From an uncultured Candidatus Saccharibacteria bacterium (GTDB lineage Bacteria; Patescibacteriota; Minisyncoccia; Minisyncoccales; UBA1441): a stretch of DNA of 50,434 bases. The notes under the pieces are model-generated. The model was not told the DNA's origin, made no database searches, and saw only the letters and a program-made list of their open reading frames with translations. The first letter of the stretch is position 1. Each line of letters begins with the position of its first letter. This document shows positions 9,239 through 16,382 of the stretch, in pieces. Made by a program: the position numbers and the translations under genes. The stretch covers positions 1 through 50,434 of the forward strand of contig CAZNED010000003.1 of the NCBI GenBank assembly GCA_964572275.1, read 5' to 3'.

Positions 9239-10821
9239 ATTTTATCAGGAGCACTGATGCCCATGAGCGACAATGCTTCCTTCAATATTTTTTTAACTGT
9301 TTTTAATAATACTAAACGGGCTCGCTGCTCTTCCCCTTTAGATCCAATTACCGGACAATCTCTGTAAAATTGATGCAATGCCGATGCTAAACGATAAATA
9401 TATTGAGGCAATTGATGAACTTCATAATTTTCAGCAATTATTGAAATCACTTCAGGATAATTAAGCATGCTTGCGATCAAATTCAATTCGCTTGGATGAT
9501 TGAAGATAAAATCGGTTTGTTGGTCTATTTTGTCTTCATTTATATTCAGTTTGGTTAAAATACTTTGGATTCTGGCATGCGCATATTGAATGTAATAAAC
9601 CGGATTATCAGCTGATTTTTTAACAGCCAGATCAAAGTCAAAATTCAAATGAGAATTAAGACTTCTTTCTAAGAAGAAATAGCGAACGGCATCTAGCCCA
9701 ACTTCATCAACTAATTCAGCAATAGTAATATATTCTCCTCGACGCTTAGAGATCGTCACTTCTTGCCCATCTCTTATTACTTTGACCCACTGAGCGATCA
9801 ATATTTTTAATTTCTTCGATTCATGCCCCAAAGCATTCAATCCCTGGATCAGTGGTTGAATATGGCCCTGATGATCGGCCCCCCAAATATCTATCATTAG
9901 ATCAAACCCTCTCTCGAATTTATTGCGATGATAAGCAAGATCTGTCATTAAATAAGTCATCTCGCCCGTAGCTTTAACAAGCACCCTGTTTTTATCATCG
10001 CCAAATTCAGTCGTTTTTAACCAAAGCGCCCCCTCCTTTTCTTCAGTCAGTTTCTTGTTTTTTAATTCCACTAATACTTTTTCAACTAACTTGTCTCGAT
10101 AAAGCGTTCTTTCTGAAAACCAAACATCAAATTTTAATCCTATTTTTTCAACATCCGGTCTGATCATTGTCTCTAAGATATGATCAGCTGCTTTTTGTCC
10201 GGCTTCAATCGGATTATCGGCTTTTATTAATTGGCGCAATTCTTCAATATAATCACCCTGATAAGAGGCTTCCGGGTAATTTAATACTGATTCTCCTAGG
10301 CGCTGAACCTGATAACCAGCATCATTAATATAATATTCTTTCACGATCGTATGCCCTACCCTTTTCATAATATTCCCTAAAACATCTCCCAGGAAACCGC
10401 CTCTTCCATTGCCTAAAGTCAATGGACCGGTAGGGTTAGCTGAAACAAATTCTATTTGAATCTTTTGCGGATTCGGAGATTCTATCTGTTTATTCAATTC
10501 TCTAACCATATTCTGCCATTCTCGGCAAAGCAGTTCTGGGTCTAGATAAAAATTAACGAATCCCGGAGCAACAGCTTTAACTTCAAAATCATTGCTTAAG
10601 ATTTTACACAAACCCTGAGCTGTTTCCATTGGATCTTTGCCTATTTTTTTAGCTAAAACCATAGCCACATTCGTAGCATAATGACCATATTCCTGTTTTT
10701 CAGAAGCATAAACCTGCCAATTAACATCTTCAGGCCAATTCAGGGTATTTATTGCCTTCTCTATTTTTTCGACTATTTTCCCGATAGTTGTTTTCTTCAT
10801 AACAATGCCATATTTTAGCAT
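9235..10821 (-). CDS. argS: arginine--tRNA ligase
   Basis: 528 aa. Seen: SANPTGPLTLGNGRGG, YYINDAGYQV, DIWGADHQGH, and a C-terminal DALR-type anticodon-binding region (YIQYAHARI). The start could instead be the ATG at 10800 (MKKTTIG). Confidence 0.9.
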   Translation of the reverse strand: MLKYGIVMKKTTIGKIVEKIEKAINTLNWPEDVNWQVYASEKQEYGHYATNVAMVLAKKIGKDPMETAQGLCKILSNDFEVKAVAPGFVNFYLDPELLCREWQNMVRELNKQIESPNPQKIQIEFVSANPTGPLTLGNGRGGFLGDVLGNIMKRVGHTIVKEYYINDAGYQVQRLGESVLNYPEASYQGDYIEELRQLIKADNPIEAGQKAADHILETMIRPDVEKIGLKFDVWFSERTLYRDKLVEKVLVELKNKKLTEEKEGALWLKTTEFGDDKNRVLVKATGEMTYLMTDLAYHRNKFERGFDLMIDIWGADHQGHIQPLIQGLNALGHESKKLKILIAQWVKVIRDGQEVTISKRRGEYITIAELVDEVGLDAVRYFFLERSLNSHLNFDFDLAVKKSADNPVYYIQYAHARIQSILTKLNINEDKIDQQTDFIFNHPSELNLIASMLNYPEVISIIAENYEVHQLPQYIYRLASALHQFYRDCPVIGSKGEEQRARLVLLKTVKKILKEALSLMGISAPDKM

Positions 10822-10837
10822 TTTTGTTGATAGTTAC

Positions 10838-10897
10838 CAAAAACAAAGAGGCCTCCTGAACCGATTCAACCGACGTTCGGTTATCAGTCCAGGAGGC
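10838..10897 (-). terminator. rho-independent terminator after dcd (minus strand)
   Basis: GCCTCCTG (10851-10858) pairs with CAGGAGGC (10890-10897). An inner AACCGA/TCGGTT stem is present. On the minus strand a T-rich run follows (CTCTTTGTTTTTGG). Confidence 0.6.
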
Positions 10898-10952
10898 ACG
10901 ATATCTTTCCCTTTAGTCGTAGACAGAATACTGCTACAACCTTAGGCGAGGC

Positions 10953-11510
10953 TTATCTTGGAAGTGTAACTCCCTGTTGGTTCTGGTACTCGCCACCCGC
11001 TTCCTTCTCGGAGTATGTACGCTCAGGACGTTCTCCTCGAAAGAAAACAACCTGAGCGATCCCTTGACCGACATGAAGACGAATAGGTAATGGGGAGACG
11101 TTAGCCAGTTCGATCGTGAGAATACCGCGCCACCCGGGTTCAAGCGGAGTTACGTTGACCAGAAGACCGCAGCGTGCGTAGGAGCTCTTACCCCAACACA
11201 CACCGCAAACATCATCGGGCATGACGAAGCATTCGACTGATTCGGCCAAGACCTGTGAATTGGGTGATAGCTCGAATACGCTCGTCGCTTCAATCTGCCG
11301 GAAATGCCCTTCTGGAAAATCGATGGGATCGAGTACCACGTTCATCCCGCCCAAGGGCACCAAGAATCTGTGCCCCAGGCGAAGATCATAGCCATAGCTA
11401 CTCAACCCATACGACGGTCGGCCTTTTTGTGTCGAGACAAAAGGAACGAGCATTCCTTTTTTGCCACGGCACAATGCCTTGATTTCATGGTCGCTTAGGA
11501 TTCCGAACAT
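10953..11510 (-). CDS. dcd: dCTP deaminase (dUTPase-superfamily trimer type)
   Basis: Translation from the ATG at 11510 reads MFGILSDHEIKAL...SYGYDLRLG...GKSSYARCGLLVNVTPLEPGWRGILTIELANVSPLP...GEYQNQQG, which matches Dcd hallmarks. GGAGG lies 4 nt upstream and there is a TAATG stop/start overlap with the upstream gene. I trimmed the ORF-track start at 11585 as an extension. Confidence 0.85.
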   Translation of the reverse strand: MFGILSDHEIKALCRGKKGMLVPFVSTQKGRPSYGLSSYGYDLRLGHRFLVPLGGMNVVLDPIDFPEGHFRQIEATSVFELSPNSQVLAESVECFVMPDDVCGVCWGKSSYARCGLLVNVTPLEPGWRGILTIELANVSPLPIRLHVGQGIAQVVFFRGERPERTYSEKEAGGEYQNQQGVTLPR

Positions 11511-12043
11511 TAGACCTCCGTTTCTTTCTCCAATAGTTCTGGGTGGGCTACCAGGGCAAGCACATCCTTGACGAAGATCGACCACTCAGGCAGTCGATGA
11601 TTCCTGCGCTGACGAATGATCCGTTGCAGTGACATGTAATTCAGGCAGACAATTCGCCTTTGCAGGAATGACTCCGGAAGGTCCCACTTCACCTGATCCC
11701 ATGCCCTCTGCTCGATCAGCCTGTTCAGATGCGCCAGATGTTCCACCGGGATCTCGTGAGCGAAATCCTCTTGAACAAGCAAGCGCGCTGTGATGGTGTG
11801 CATCGTGGACTCGCTCTGCTTGGTCACGCCGACGCGATACGTGTCAAACTGCTGCCAGAAGTAGCGCGGGGCGGTCATGTCCAACCAGATCATGATCGAC
11901 TCAAGAAACTTGTTGTGCCCATCGCCCATGAAACAGAGACGCCGGGCTACCGATTCCATCTTCTCTGGATCTTGTTTGTACGAGAGAGACAACCCCAAAA
12001 GAGCCATCTCGTACCCGCACTCTCTCATCATGAGAGTTTTCAT
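11510..12043 (-). CDS. short ThyX-fold (Thy1 family-like) protein with a degenerate ThyX motif
   Basis: 177 aa. GHNKFLESIMIWLDMTAPRYFWQQFDTYRVGVTKQSES aligns by eye to the ThyX core (GH..P.EH..F.F.+...P..V.RQ..RHR.......S). RRNHRLPEW resembles the ThyX C-terminal R..SHAQWE segment. A strong SD (AAAGGAGGG) lies 5 nt before the ATG. Confidence 0.55.
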   Translation of the reverse strand: MKTLMMRECGYEMALLGLSLSYKQDPEKMESVARRLCFMGDGHNKFLESIMIWLDMTAPRYFWQQFDTYRVGVTKQSESTMHTITARLLVQEDFAHEIPVEHLAHLNRLIEQRAWDQVKWDLPESFLQRRIVCLNYMSLQRIIRQRRNHRLPEWSIFVKDVLALVAHPELLEKETEV

Positions 12044-12084
12044 TGAAGCCCTCCTTTCTCGGTTTATTCAGATAAGCCCTTCTC

Positions 12085-12140
12085 GATTGAGACGGGTTTT
12101 CAGATATCAATTGTTTGGTATCCAAAAACCTGTCTCAATC
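12085..12140. repeat. 16-bp inverted repeat (one G/A difference) with a 24-nt spacer, in the leader/promoter region of the ThyX-like gene
   Basis: GATTGAGACGGGTTTT (12085-12100) faces AAAACCTGTCTCAATC (12125-12140). The spacer contains the GATATC and CAATTG palindromes. Confidence 0.8.
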
Positions 12141-12234
12141 AGAAACAATTTACAAGAACTAAACTAACAAACTATTATATATATGATCAATTAAGTCAAG
12201 AAATTCTTCTGTTAAAAATGCTACAATTGAAAAG

Positions 12235-12681
12235 ATGCAAATAGCAAAGAATAAAAAGGCATTTTTTGATTACGAAATCCTAGAAACTCTAGAAACTGGG
12301 ATAGTTTTAAGTGGAGCCGAAACTAAATCCTCAAAAATGGGACAAGTTAGCTTGAGAGGAGCTTACGTCATTAATATAAACAATCTTCTTTATTTAACCG
12401 GAGCCCATATTTCTCCGTACCAACCGGCTAATCAGCCAGTTGATTATAATCCGACTCGACCGCGCTCTCTTTTACTCAAGAAAAAAGAATTAAAATACTT
12501 TCTCGGGAAATTGAAAGAAAAGGGCTTGACGCTTATCCCTCTAAGAATGTATACTAAGCAGAACTTAGTTAAACTAGAAATTGGTTTAGCTAAGGGAAAA
12601 AAGAAATACGACAAACGCGAGCAGATTAAAAAACGCGAAGATAATCGTCGCATAGGTAGATCTTTAAAAGGTGATGAATAA
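12235..12681 (+). CDS. smpB: SsrA-binding protein SmpB
   Basis: 148 aa. KNKKAFFDYEILETLETGIVLSGAETKS and a basic C-terminal tail. It lies immediately upstream of the tmRNA. Confidence 0.9.
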   Translation: MQIAKNKKAFFDYEILETLETGIVLSGAETKSSKMGQVSLRGAYVININNLLYLTGAHISPYQPANQPVDYNPTRPRSLLLKKKELKYFLGKLKEKGLTLIPLRMYTKQNLVKLEIGLAKGKKKYDKREQIKKREDNRRIGRSLKGDE

Positions 12682-12687
12682 ATACGT

Positions 12688-12977
12688 GGGGACGCATGGC
12701 TTCGATAGAAGCTTGAATCAAGTGGTGCAGATTAAGGTGTCGAGTCCTTATTAAACTTTCGACAAAGTACAAGTGTCAACACACTTCGGGGTTTAACCCC
12801 CGCTTACGCTTACGCCTGATATTCTCAGAGTAAGCTTTCATAGTTTTTTGCCCCCATTCGTGGGGGAATCGTTTCAGAGGAACAACTGTTCCTTTTAGAC
12901 TCTTGCAAAAGGGCTAAGTCTGTAGAAGCTACTTGTATTCGTCCTTCTAGACGTGGGTTCGATTCCCACCGTCTCCA
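12688..12977 (+). ncRNA. ssrA: tmRNA (ssrA)
   Basis: The 5' end GGGGACGCATGGCTTCGA pairs with the 3' acceptor CGTCTCC followed by discriminator A. A canonical T-arm GTGGGTTCGATTCCCAC is present. An internal tag frame ends ...TPAYAYA-TGA (stop at 12817-12819). CCA is not encoded. Confidence 0.8.
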
Positions 12978-13030
12978 CTCTAATTAAAATTAACTTTCAC
13001 ATAATCGAACAATATTTTATCAACAATACT

Positions 13031-13537
13031 ATCGAGAAAGGCTTGAGGTGGGCTCAAAAATCAACCGATCAAATAAGAGTGATCGGTCAAGATGGCCAGC
13101 AATTAGGTGTTTATAGCCTTGATCAAGCATTGAGTATGGCGCGAGAGCAAAATCTTGATTTAGTTCTCATAACTGCCAAGTCTGACATGCCCATCTGTCG
13201 CATTACAGAAGCCGGAAAGTTTCTCTATCAGAAAAAGAAAGAGAGAAAGAAAAGTGATTCTATCGAATCAAAGAAGCTCAAAATCAGATTCAACACTTCG
13301 TTGCATGACATGGAGACTCGAGCTCATCAAGCTAAGAAATTTCTCGAGAAAGGCGATCGGATTCAAATATTGATGCAATTGCGAGGACGAGAGAATGCCC
13401 TTCGCGCGCAAGCTGAGGAAAAGATGAATCAATTTTTGAAGATGATTGAATCTATCTATCCGATTAAGATAGAAAATCAGACATCTCAGAAATCCAAAAT
13501 CCTACAATACGAAATTATTCCCAATCCTTCAAAATGA
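13031..13537 (+). CDS. infC: translation initiation factor IF-3, non-AUG start, exact start uncertain
   Basis: DQIRVIGQDGQQLGVYSLDQALSMAREQNLDLVLI and a C-terminal domain (KLKIRFNTSLHDMETRAHQAKKFLEKGDRIQI) are typical of IF-3. No in-frame ATG lies upstream of the conserved N-terminus. Candidate starts are ATC 13019, ATC 13031 and TTG 13043. The track start at 12953 lies inside the tmRNA. Confidence 0.8.
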   Translation: MEKGLRWAQKSTDQIRVIGQDGQQLGVYSLDQALSMAREQNLDLVLITAKSDMPICRITEAGKFLYQKKKERKKSDSIESKKLKIRFNTSLHDMETRAHQAKKFLEKGDRIQILMQLRGRENALRAQAEEKMNQFLKMIESIYPIKIENQTSQKSKILQYEIIPNPSK

Positions 13538-13734
13538 AAAACCGTAAAGCTAAAACTAGAAAATCACTGGCTAATCGCTTTAAGATTACCAGCACTGGAA
13601 AAGTTATGCGACGCACTAGCGGCCAGAATCATTTACGTCAAGCCAAGTCAAAGCGAGTTAAACATAAAAAGAATTCCTGGATAGAAGTTCCCGCTCCTTT
13701 GGCTAAAAAAATAAAGAAATTAATTAAGGGATAA
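13534..13734 (+). CDS. rpmI: 50S ribosomal protein L35
   Basis: 66 aa and very basic. KSLANRFKITSTGKVMRRTSGQNHL. There is a 4-nt ATGA overlap with infC. Confidence 0.9.
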   Translation: MKNRKAKTRKSLANRFKITSTGKVMRRTSGQNHLRQAKSKRVKHKKNSWIEVPAPLAKKIKKLIKG

Positions 13735-13736
13735 AC

Positions 13737-14081
13737 ATGCCTAGAGTTAAACCGGGAAAAGCCGTCCCAACCAGAAAAAGAAATATTTTAAAAGCTACCA
13801 AGGGGTTTCTTTGGGGTAGAAAATCGAAATTCGCATTAGCTAAAGATGCTTATCGTCACGCTCGCGTCAATGCCTATATTGATCGTAGGCGCAAGAAAAG
13901 AGATTTTAGGCAGCTTTGGCAGATCAAAATAAATGCTTCAGCTCGCGAACATGGATTAACCTATTCTTCTCTGATTGATAAATTGAGCAAAGCAGAGATT
14001 AAAATAAATCGAAAGATGTTAGCAGAATTGGCTGCAGAAAAACCAGATGTTATGGCTAAGATAATTGAAAAGGTTAAATAA
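13737..14081 (+). CDS. rplT: 50S ribosomal protein L20
   Basis: 114 aa. MPRVKPGKAVPTRKRNILKATKGF...AYIDRRRKKRDFRQLWQIKINA. Canonical infC-rpmI-rplT order. Confidence 0.9.
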   Translation: MPRVKPGKAVPTRKRNILKATKGFLWGRKSKFALAKDAYRHARVNAYIDRRRKKRDFRQLWQIKINASAREHGLTYSSLIDKLSKAEIKINRKMLAELAAEKPDVMAKIIEKVK

Positions 14082-14084
14082 AAT

Positions 14085-14110
14085 TCCCGGCATTAGGCCG
14101 GGATTTTTTA
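14085..14110 (+). terminator. rho-independent terminator after rplT, possibly bidirectional
   Basis: TCCCGGC (14085-14091), loop ATTAG, GCCGGGA (14097-14103), then TTTTTT. An A-run on the other side allows use by the convergent gene. Confidence 0.7.
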
Positions 14111-15148
14111 ATTTCTAAAAGAGTATTTTCCTATTTTCTTTAGGAGTTCTTTAATCTTGCCTTTTATTATTTGACCCGTGAACAAGAAGAAATAACCTAC
14201 ACCGAGAGCGCACATAAGTAAACGCATTCCTCGCCAGATTAGACTGAACCCTACGGCGGCACCTTGCCCCAATCCTAATCCACTAAAAGCAATTACCTGT
14301 AGTAGCTCTAGACTACCAAGGGTAGCCGGTAAAAGGAACATGATGCTTAATCCTGCAAACGCATGCACCGATAAAGCTGATAAGACAGAAGCATGACCTG
14401 TTAAGAAGAAGACCAGTAAGAATGCTTGCGCGCAAGAAATCAAATATTTGATAAGAGTAATGCCCAACAATCTTCTGGCTTTGCTATTTTTTAAGTTAAA
14501 GAAACTGGTAATTTTATTTTCCTCTTCTTCTAAGTCAAAGAATTTATTATTATAGGCAGCTTTCGATAGGCCAAATAATCTCAGTACTGGATTGATAACA
14601 CTCTTGCCTCGCGATACTCGAACAAAGAAATAGACCAGAGCTATACTTAATCCTATTGGAATTAGCGTGAAGAAGGAGATAAGTTCTATACTAGCAAACC
14701 CTGTTGCAAACATGAACAATAATAATCCTAAGAAGATAAAGGAGGCATGGATAATGAAATCAGCTAATTTTAGGACAATTAGAGAATGTATTCCTTTGTT
14801 CCAAGAAACATCTTTTTCTTTTTTTAGAAGATAAAGAGTTAAGGCTTCTCCGCCAATGAAAGCTACTGGGGTTAAAAAGCTGACCGTAAAACCAACAACT
14901 AATATCCGCCAAAGTCTTCGCCATGGCAAATGGCAACCCATTTGAGACAAAGTATCTTGCCAGGCTAAAGCCGCAAAACCTTCTATGATTAAAGTACACA
15001 AGAAAAGTAAGACAAATTGCCAAGGCCGAATCATGCTAAGTGCACTACCGACATCTCGCCACTCAACACGGCCACTGATAATTAAAAAGAAAACTATACC
15101 CAGCGTAAGGGTGGTTAGAAAAAATAAAACGCTCTTAAGTGATGGCAT
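14108..15148 (-). CDS. polytopic membrane protein, UPF0104 / lysyl-PG-synthase-TM (flippase-like) family
   Basis: 346 aa with about 8 predicted TM helices. The N-terminal pattern (RVEWRDVGSALSMIRPWQFVLLFLCTLI...ALAWQ) is typical of this family. Confidence 0.5.
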   Translation of the reverse strand: MPSLKSVLFFLTTLTLGIVFFLIISGRVEWRDVGSALSMIRPWQFVLLFLCTLIIEGFAALAWQDTLSQMGCHLPWRRLWRILVVGFTVSFLTPVAFIGGEALTLYLLKKEKDVSWNKGIHSLIVLKLADFIIHASFIFLGLLLFMFATGFASIELISFFTLIPIGLSIALVYFFVRVSRGKSVINPVLRLFGLSKAAYNNKFFDLEEEENKITSFFNLKNSKARRLLGITLIKYLISCAQAFLLVFFLTGHASVLSALSVHAFAGLSIMFLLPATLGSLELLQVIAFSGLGLGQGAAVGFSLIWRGMRLLMCALGVGYFFLFTGQIIKGKIKELLKKIGKYSFRN

Positions 15149-15159
15149 AATAATTCAAC

Positions 15160-15197
15160 AAAGAAAAAGCGCTAAGAAAACTTCTGTTTTCTAGCGC
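15160..15197 (-). terminator. rho-independent terminator after the 88-aa gene (minus strand)
   Basis: On the minus strand: GCGCTAGAAAAC, loop AGAA, GTTTTCTTAGCGC (12 bp with one bulge), followed by TTTTTCTTTGTT. Confidence 0.7.
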
Positions 15198-15208
15198 ATT
15201 TTCGTTAT

Positions 15209-15475
15209 TCAGATCTTATAAACGCGATATCCTGGTCTTACTTTCTGATCGACTTTCATGCCTATTTCTTGCCCTGCTTTCGCGCTATCGATTTTTTGAT
15301 GATCGACTTCCATGGAATCGACTTTCTGGATGAAATCAGTCTCACCGCCCACAAACCTAATTTCGTCGCCGACTTTTAAGGATTTGCTTAGTTCTATTAC
15401 GGCAACGCCAATCTGGTCAAAATAATGGATAATTTGACCGATTATTTTTTTATCATCTAAACCCTCTTGGGGCAT
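15209..15475 (-). CDS. small EF-Tu domain-2-like beta-barrel protein ('translation elongation factor-like protein')
   Basis: 88 aa. IGQIIHYFDQIGVAVIELSKSLKVGDEIRFVGGETDFIQKVDSMEVDHQKIDSAKAGQEIGMKV matches the family pattern as I recall it. Confidence 0.55.
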   Translation of the reverse strand: MPQEGLDDKKIIGQIIHYFDQIGVAVIELSKSLKVGDEIRFVGGETDFIQKVDSMEVDHQKIDSAKAGQEIGMKVDQKVRPGYRVYKI

Positions 15476-15668
15476 AATAAATATGGAAAGTTAATAAAGA
15501 TGACCTTTATTGGGTAAGGACTTGACCTCATATCTCCCTACCGATCCCCCCGAGATAAACTCGGATCGGTCATTCCGACCGAAGGCCAGGGATCCATCCG
15601 TCTATATCATACCAAAATGAGAACATATTTCCAGTGTTATTTATAAACAGCATCAGATTAAGCAATAG

Positions 15669-15740
15669 TACCCCCAAAAGGAATCGAACCTTCATCCCGG
15701 CCTCCGGAGGGCCGTGCTTTGTCCATTAAGCTATGGGGGC
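15669..15740 (-). tRNA. tRNA-Arg (anticodon CCG)
   Basis: The reverse complement GCCCCCATAGCTTAATGGACAAAGCACGGCCCTCCGGAGGCCGGGATGAAGGTTCGATTCCTTTTGGGGGTA folds as a 72-nt cloverleaf. It has a 7-bp acceptor stem (one G-U), D stem GCTT/AAGC, anticodon stem CGGCC/GGCCG with loop CTCCGGA, and a T arm GAAGG-TTCGATT-CCTTT. Confidence 0.85.
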
Positions 15741-16382
15741 GCGATAAGCAATAATAAAATAATTACAACGCTTGTTTTTCCTTAAAAATCCTTCTTCTAA
15801 AATCTTCAATCCTGATCTTATCACCAACTTTTTTAATTCATTTGGTGTAAAATAATGATAATAGAGCCAAGATCTTCCACCCCATTTCTTCAAGAAAGAC
15901 TGGCGATCCAAATGATATTTCTTTTTTATAAATGAAGGATAGGGTTGCCAAACAGTTATGATAATTTTACCATTAATACGCAGTGTTCTATAAGCTTCCT
16001 TAAGGGTTTCTAGAGTTGCTGAAGGTGATAAGTGGTGCAATAAAGCAATTGCCCAAATTGAATCAAAATAATTATCAGTATAAGGCAGATGCCGAGCATC
16101 TCCTATGCAAAAAGAAAATGAAGAATGATTCAATTTAGCAATCCGGATTAAGGCATCTGACTGATCAAGGCCATGATATTCTACCTTTAGATCATCGAAT
16201 AACTCCACTAACCTACCATGGCCACATCCCAGATCAAGAATTCTGTTGTTTGGTTCAATTAATCTTTTGAATTCCTGTAACTCCGGCCAAATAGTTTTGC
16301 GAGAAGATTGGAATAGATAACTTTCCTGGTTATAGCCTTGTCGATTCAATTCAATCAATTCATCATCTGTTAATCTCTTCAT
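15726..16382 (-). CDS. class I SAM-dependent methyltransferase, Trm9-like (tRNA mcm5U-type)
   Basis: SAM motif I is ILDLGCGHGRL. F.SSRKTIWPELQEF precedes it. AIALLHHLS and the C-terminal WLYYHYFTPNELKKLV...GF resemble yeast Trm9 (FSQTRYKPWP..., IDVGCGNGKY, ISIAVVHHWST, YRYYHLYREGEL) as I recall it. I take the ATG at 16382 as the start; the track uses a TTG at 16391. Confidence 0.65.
   Translation of the reverse strand: MKRLTDDELIELNRQGYNQESYLFQSSRKTIWPELQEFKRLIEPNNRILDLGCGHGRLVELFDDLKVEYHGLDQSDALIRIAKLNHSSFSFCIGDARHLPYTDNYFDSIWAIALLHHLSPSATLETLKEAYRTLRINGKIIITVWQPYPSFIKKKYHLDRQSFLKKWGGRSWLYYHYFTPNELKKLVIRSGLKILEEGFLRKNKRCNYFIIAYRAPIA

Noticed and set aside
11511-11585. 25-codon N-terminal extension of dcd (MVDLRQGCACPGSPPRTIGERNGGL).
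   Set aside because: It lies wholly inside the upstream ThyX-like CDS. The internal ATG at 11510 has a GGAGG and a TAATG coupling, and it gives the canonical Dcd N-terminus.
10835-12133. Shared octamer CCAAAAAC at both island flanks (10835-10848 and 12120-12133) as a target-site duplication.
   Set aside because: Eight A-rich nucleotides in an AT-rich genome are easily explained by chance. There is no integrase or recombinase nearby.
10934-12167. Several 60-105-aa ORFs on both strands inside the GC-rich island (10934-11143, 11255-11498, 11729-12046, 11877-12167, 11901-12125).
   Set aside because: All are nested in or antisense to dcd or the ThyX-like gene. Long spurious frames are expected in high-GC DNA, and I recognise no motifs in them.
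12953-13030. N-terminal 26 codons of the ORF-track infC call (MGSIPTVSTLIKINF...).
   Set aside because: This segment overlaps the tmRNA T-arm and acceptor (to 12977) and starts at a GTG inside it. The conserved IF-3 sequence begins only around 13040-13060, so I treat it as an ORF-finder extension.
15476-15668. The structured spacer as an SRP (4.5S) RNA, a second tRNA, or a known riboswitch.
   Set aside because: GAGGUCAAGUCC superficially resembles the SRP helix-8 AGGUCAGGUCC, but the GNRA loop and the GGAAGCAGC 3' side are missing. No cloverleaf can be drawn. No TPP, SAM, preQ1, fluoride, glycine or c-di-GMP consensus is visible. I kept it only as an unclassified structured element.
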